Source: an uncultured Actinomycetota bacterium (lineage in GTDB: Bacteria; Actinomycetota; Actinomycetes; Propionibacteriales; Nocardioidaceae). Taken from it: 64,000 bases of DNA. The stretch covers positions 3,802 through 67,801 of the forward strand of contig CAWHKK010000015.1 in the NCBI GenBank assembly GCA_963829975.1, written 5' to 3'. Shown in pieces: positions 58,879 to 64,000 of the stretch (position 1 is the stretch's first letter; each line of letters begins with the position of its first letter). The position numbers and the translations under genes were made by a program. The notes beneath the pieces were generated by a model that did not search any database, was not told the origin of the DNA, and worked only from the letters and a program-made list of their open reading frames with translations.

Positions 58879-59652
58879 GTGGCGGACTGGAAGCGCGGGC
58901 TGAGGCGGGTGCTCTACCCGTCGTACGAGGCGCGAATGCTGCGCCGGATGCCCGACAACCTGCCCCAGCACGTCGGCGTCATGCTCGACGGCAACCGTCG
59001 CTGGGCGAAGGCGGTCGGCGCGACACCGCGCACGGGCACCGCGCCGGCGCCGCCAACATCGAGCCGCTGCTCGGCTGGTGCGACGAGCTCGGCGTCGAGG
59101 TGGTCACCCTGTGGCTGCTCTCGACCGACAACCTCAACCGCCCGAGCCCGAGCTCGCACCGCTGCTCCAGATCATCGAGGAGGCGGTCGGCGTCGCTGGC
59201 CGACCAGCGCCGGTGGCGCCTCCACCCGGTGGGTGCCCTCGACCTGCTCCCGGCGAGCACCGCGGAGCGGCTGAAGGCGGCAGCGGAGGCGACCAGCGAC
59301 GTCAACGGCATGCTGGTCAACATCGCCGTCCCGTACGGCGGCCGCCGCGAGATCACCGACGCCGTCCGGTCGCTGCTCTACGAGCACGCCGAGAAGGGCA
59401 CCTCGCTCGAGGAGCTGGCCAGCATCCTCGACGTCGAGCCACATCGCCGACCACCTCTACACCAAGGGCCAGCCCGATCCCGACCTGGTGATCCGCACCT
59501 CGGGGGAGCAGCGACTCGGCGGCTTCTTGCTGTGGCAGAGCGCCAGGTCGGAGTTCTACTTCTGTGAGGCCTACTGGCCGGACTTCCGGCGGGTCGACTT
59601 CCTGCGCGCGATGCGGGCCTACGCCCTGCGCGAGCGCCGTCACGGCGCCTGA
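58879..59652 (+). CDS. cis-isoprenyl diphosphate synthase (isoprenyl transferase)
   Basis: [44 protein letters not shown]. Confidence 0.92.
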
Positions 59653-59958
59653 CCAGGTCCAGGACGTCATCCAGCCGTCACCCCACGTTCGGGCGTGTCG
59701 CCTCGGGACGGACCTCCTGCGAGAGTCGTAAGTTCGCTCCAATGACGGGTGGGGAAGCCCGTCACATCGGGAGGCTCGTTCGTGAGAGTTCACGATCCAC
59801 TCGCTCGGCAGGTAGCTGCCCGCCGCGCGACAGGACGCCGGCGCTCCGGCGTTCGGGCCCGACACGTCGTTGAACTGGACGCTGCGTCGATATCCGGTCC
59901 ATCTGCTGACTAGAGGACCGGGCGCGAGTGCGCGCGCGGTCAGTTGAAGGGGTGCCCC

Positions 59959-61283
59959 GTGCAGGCTCATTCGGAGACTCAGGCTCAGACCCGGACCTAC
60001 GTGATCGACACCAGCGTGTTGCTGGCCGACCCTCGGCGCGCTGCGGCGCTTCGCCGAGCACGAGGTCGTGCTGCCGGTCGTCGTGATCACCGAGCTCGAA
60101 GGCAAGCGGCACCACCCGGAGCTGGGGTTCTTCGCGCGCAGCGCCTTGCGGATGCTCGACGAGCTGCGGGTCATCCACGGTCGCCTCGATCAGCCGATCC
60201 CGGTCGGCGACGAGGGCGGCACGCTTCGGGTCGAGCTCAACCACACCGACGCCGAGTCACTCCCGTCCGGTTTCCGGCTCGGTGACAACGACACCCGCAT
60301 CCTGGCCGTCGCGCGCAACCTCGCCAACGAGGGCTACGACGTCACGCTGGTCTCCAAGGACCTGCCGCTGCGGATCAAGGCCTCCGCGGTCGGGCTCGAC
60401 GCCCAGGAGTACCGCGGCGAGGCGATCAGCGACTCCGACACCGGCTATACCGGGATGGCCGAGCTGGAGGTCAGCGGCCGAGCAGCTCGACGAGCTGTAC
60501 GACGACGGCACCCTCGACCTCGAGGAGGCCCGCGACCTGCCCTGCCACCAGGGTCTGGTGCTGCTCTCCGACCGCGGCACCGCGCTCGGCCTGGTCGCGC
60601 CCGACAAGTCGGTCCACCTCGTCCGCGGTGACCGCGAGGCGTTCGGCATCCACGGCCGCTCCGCCGAGCAGCGGATCGCCCTCGAGATGCTGCTCGACCC
60701 CGACGTCGGCATCGTCTCTCTCGGTGGGCGCGCGGGCACCGGCAAGTCGGCGATGGCGTTGTGCGCCGGGCTCGAGGCCGTGATGGAGCGTCGGCAGCAC
60801 AAGAAGGTCGTGGTCTTCCGGCCGCTGTTCGCGGTCGGCGGTCAGGAGCTCGGCTACCTGCCCGGGTCGGAGTCGGAGAAGATGTCGCCCTGGGCCCAGG
60901 CCGTCTTCGACACCCTCGGCGCGATGACCTCGAAGGACGTGATCGACGAGGTGCTCGACCGGGGCATGCTCGAGGTGCTGCCGCTGACCCACATCCGGGG
61001 CCGCTCGCTGCACGACGCGTTCGTGATCGTCGACGAGGCGCAGTCGCTGGAGCGCAACGTGCTGCTCACCGTGCTCAGCCGGATCGGCGCCAACTCCAAG
61101 GTGGTGCTGACCCACGACGTCGCCCAGCGGGACAACCTGCGCGTGGGCCGGCATGACGGCGTGGTCGCGGTCATCGAGAAGCTCAAGGGCCACCCGCTCT
61201 TCGCCCACGTCACGCTGACCCGCTCGGAGCGCTCTCCCATCGCCGCCCTGGTGACCGAGATGCTGGAGCACGTCACGGTGTGA
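59959..61283 (+). CDS. PIN-PhoH (PhoH2) family protein
   Basis: [12 protein letters not shown] motif, [29 protein letters not shown]. Confidence 0.93.
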
Positions 61284-61440
61284 AACTGGTGGGGCTCGTG
61301 TGACCCCTGTGGCACACGGGCCCGACGCGGTTGCCGGATCCGACGCGAATTAACGCGTTCGGTTTGCACGCGTCCAGTGGGTCAGGCAAGGTGACCCGAG
61401 ATCTGTTTCGTTATCCATGACCCCGAGGTACCTCAAGCCA

Positions 61441-62151
61441 GTGTCGAAGCACGTCCACAACGTACCGAAGCACCGAGCTACGCCTCCGCGGCATGCTCTG
61501 GTGCAGGCACCTCGCAAGGTGCTGCGCAACACCGTGGTCCTGTCCTCGGTCGCCGTCGCCGCCACCGGTGCGACGATCGCCGGCGGGCTGCTGACCAGCC
61601 CGGCCAGCACGAGCGCCGCGGGCGACCTCACCGGTTCGCTGCGGGCGGGCGTCGACAGGTCCGCTGCCTCACTCCCCAACGCAGAGACCCAGGGCGGGGC
61701 AACGACGTCGTCGTCCGCCGCGGCGCTGGCCGATCGAGCGCCGCTGGTGTCGAGGGCATCTGATCGGCGCGACGATGCCGATCCCGTCAAGGAAGCCGCG
61801 CTGGCCGTCGACGGCGTCCGCGCCGTGACCGGCAAGCAGGACCTGTCCGACGCCGACCCGCGCGAGATCGCCCAGGCGCTCCTGGCCGAGTTCGGGTTCT
61901 CCTCGGACCAGTTCGGTTGCCTCGACTCGCTCTACACGCGTGAGTCCAACTGGAACGTGTACGCCGACAACCCGTCGTCGAGCGCCTACGGCATCCCGCA
62001 GGCGCTCCCCGGCTCGAAGATGGCCTCAGCTGGGTCCGACTGGGCAACCAACCCGGTCACCCAGATCCGGTGGGGCCTCGGCTACATCGAGGATCGTTAC
62101 GGCAGCCCGTGTGGCGCCTGGGGGCACAGCCAGTCCAGCGGCTGGTACTGA
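61441..62151 (+). CDS. Secreted lytic transglycosylase domain protein
   Basis: QFGCLDSLYTRESNW, AYGIPQALPGSKMA, QIRWGLGYIEDRYGSPCGAW. Confidence 0.88.
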   Translation: MSKHVHNVPKHRATPPRHALVQAPRKVLRNTVVLSSVAVAATGATIAGGLLTSPASTSAAGDLTGSLRAGVDRSAASLPNAETQGGATTSSSAAALADRAPLVSRASDRRDDADPVKEAALAVDGVRAVTGKQDLSDADPREIAQALLAEFGFSSDQFGCLDSLYTRESNWNVYADNPSSSAYGIPQALPGSKMASAGSDWATNPVTQIRWGLGYIEDRYGSPCGAWGHSQSSGWY

Positions 62152-62166
62152 TTCTCCGTTCCTCCC

Positions 62167-62760
62167 TCAACTGGTGCTGACCAGCAGGTAGCGCTCGTCG
62201 GAGATCGGACCGCCCCAGTAGACATCCTCGGGCAGGTGGCGTACGTCGACGTCACGACGGTGCTCGCGCACCAGTCGCTCGCACTCGGTCGCGGCGATCC
62301 CACCACCGGTGTGCCACCGGCCCTCGACCAGCACCAGGCAGCCGCCGGGTCGCAGCAGCCGCACCCAGGCGGCCAGCGCCTCCCCAGGGGACGGCATGGC
62401 CCAGAGCACGTGGCGCGACAGCACCACGTCGCACGACTCCGCGGCGTACGGCGGAGCCGACGCATCACCCTCGACGAACTCGATCCCTACGCCGGCCTCG
62501 GCCGCCTTCGCCCGAGCCCGCCCGACCATCGCTGGCGCGAAGTCGAGCCCCCGGACTGAGTAGTTCTCCTGCGCGAGCAGCACGGAGAGCGTGCCGGTGC
62601 CGCAGCCCAGGTCGACGATGTCGGCTGGAGCCGAAGGGAGGTGGTCGATCAGGAGGTTCCGCCAGGCAGCCAGAGCCGACGGGTCACGCAGCCCGTGGTC
62701 GGGCTCGTCGTCGAAGCTCTCCGCCTCTGCGTTCCAGAAGTCGCGGATCGCTGGGTCCAT
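62167..62760 (-). CDS. Class I SAM-dependent methyltransferase
   Basis: FDDEPDHGL, VDLGCGTG, DVVLSRHVLW. Confidence 0.88.
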   Translation of the reverse strand: MDPAIRDFWNAEAESFDDEPDHGLRDPSALAAWRNLLIDHLPSAPADIVDLGCGTGTLSVLLAQENYSVRGLDFAPAMVGRARAKAAEAGVGIEFVEGDASAPPYAAESCDVVLSRHVLWAMPSPGEALAAWVRLLRPGGCLVLVEGRWHTGGGIAATECERLVREHRRDVDVRHLPEDVYWGGPISDERYLLVSTS

Positions 62761-62767
62761 GGCTGTT

Positions 62768-64000
62768 CTACCTTCCCGTCATCGAGTCGACGTCGAGCGC
62801 CTCGTCGAGCTGTTGCTCGGTCAGCTCGCCGCGCTCGACATATCCCATGGCGAGCACGGTCTCCCGGATGGTGCGGCTGTCTGCGAGCGCCTTCTTGGCG
62901 ATCTTCGACGCGGCCTCGTAGCCGACGTACTTGTTGAGCGGCGTGACCACCGACGGTGACGACTCTGCGTAGCGTCGCATCCGTTCGGAGTCGGCGGTGA
63001 TGCCGTCGATGCAGCGTTCGGCGAGCACCCGGGTCGAGGTGGACAGCAGCCGCACCGACTCCAACAGGTTGCGGGCGATCACGGGCATGGCCACGTTGAG
63101 CTCGAAGGAGCCGCTCGCGCCCGCGACGGTCACGGCCGTGTCGTTGCCGATCACCTGGGCGCACACCATCAGGGTTGCCTCCGGCAGCACGGGATTGACC
63201 TTGCCGGGCATGATGCTGGAGCCCGGCTGCAGGTCGGGCAGATGGATCTCGGAGAGACCGGTGGTCGGCCCGGAGCCCATCCAGCGCAGGTCGTTGCAGA
63301 CCTTGGTCAGCCCGACCGCGATCGTGCGCAGCACGCCGCTGAGCTCGACCAGCGAGTCGCGGGTGCCTTGCGCCTCGAAGTGGTTGCGTGCCTCCGTGAA
63401 CGGCTGCCCGGTCGCCTCGCTGATCCGCGCGATCGCGGCGGCAGCGAAACCGGGTGGCGTGTTGATGCCGGTGCCGACCGCGGTCCCGCCCAGCGGCAGC
63501 TCGCGCACCCGGGGGAGCACGCCGTCAAGACGCTCGACCGCGTAGCGGACGGTGGCGGCGTAGCCACCGAACTCCTGGCCGAGCGTCACCGGCGTCGCAT
63601 CCATCAGGTGGGTGCGCCCGGACTTGACCAGGTCAGCGAACTCGGAAGCCTTCGCCTCCAGCGAGGTGGCGAGCGCCTCGAGCGACGGCACCAGGTCCTC
63701 GGTCACTGCCAGGGCTGCGGCTACGTGGATCGCGGTGGGGAACGTGTCGTTGCTGGACTGGCTGGCGTTGACGTGGTCGTTGGGATGCACCCCCTCGCCT
63801 GCGAGCCCGGCGATCACCTCGTTGGCGTTCATGTTGGAGCTGGTGCCGGAACCGGTCTGGAAGACGTCGATCGGGAACTGACCGTCGTGCTCGCCGGCCG
63901 CGACCGACCGCGCCGCCGACTCGATCGCCCTGGCTTGGTCGGCGTCGAGCACGCCGAGCTCGCCGTTGGCCGCGGCGGCCGCCGCCTTGACCTGGCCCAG
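62768..64000 (-). CDS. fumC: Class II fumarate hydratase, 5'-partial
   Basis: [54 protein letters not shown]. Confidence 0.96.
   Translation of the reverse strand: MGQVKAAAAAANGELGVLDADQARAIESAARSVAAGEHDGQFPIDVFQTGSGTSSNMNANEVIAGLAGEGVHPNDHVNASQSSNDTFPTAIHVAAALAVTEDLVPSLEALATSLEAKASEFADLVKSGRTHLMDATPVTLGQEFGGYAATVRYAVERLDGVLPRVRELPLGGTAVGTGINTPPGFAAAAIARISEATGQPFTEARNHFEAQGTRDSLVELSGVLRTIAVGLTKVCNDLRWMGSGPTTGLSEIHLPDLQPGSSIMPGKVNPVLPEATLMVCAQVIGNDTAVTVAGASGSFELNVAMPVIARNLLESVRLLSTSTRVLAERCIDGITADSERMRRYAESSPSVVTPLNKYVGYEAASKIAKKALADSRTIRETVLAMGYVERGELTEQQLDEALDVDSMTGR

Overview
High-GC actinobacterial chromosomal segment. Gene content and order (mfd-mazG-eno-divIC-DUF501-ppx-tRNA-Leu; cbs...metB-ilvA-greA-DUF4307-mca-trx-yyaL; hemolysin III-isoprenyl transferase-phoH2-fumC) look like Nocardioides or a relative. 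Many conserved genes contain several 1-nt frameshifts that look like long-read consensus errors, so I stitched gene models across frames and the boundaries are approximate. Two things stand out. (1) Downstream of msrA there are two extra, diverged copies of the msrA 3' tail (HQQYLAK..GY.CH.NTGV..P), each separated by accessory cargo genes, which suggests repeated insertion with tail replacement at the msrA 3' end. (2) Next to tRNA-Leu(UAA) is a translationally coupled four-gene operon (glutamate-cysteine ligase, GshB-like ATP-grasp ligase with an altered substrate loop, MAPEG protein, gamma-glutamyl hydrolase C26) with a divergent MarR, in an organism that also carries the mycothiol gene mca. 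I found no CRISPR array, integrase or transposase.
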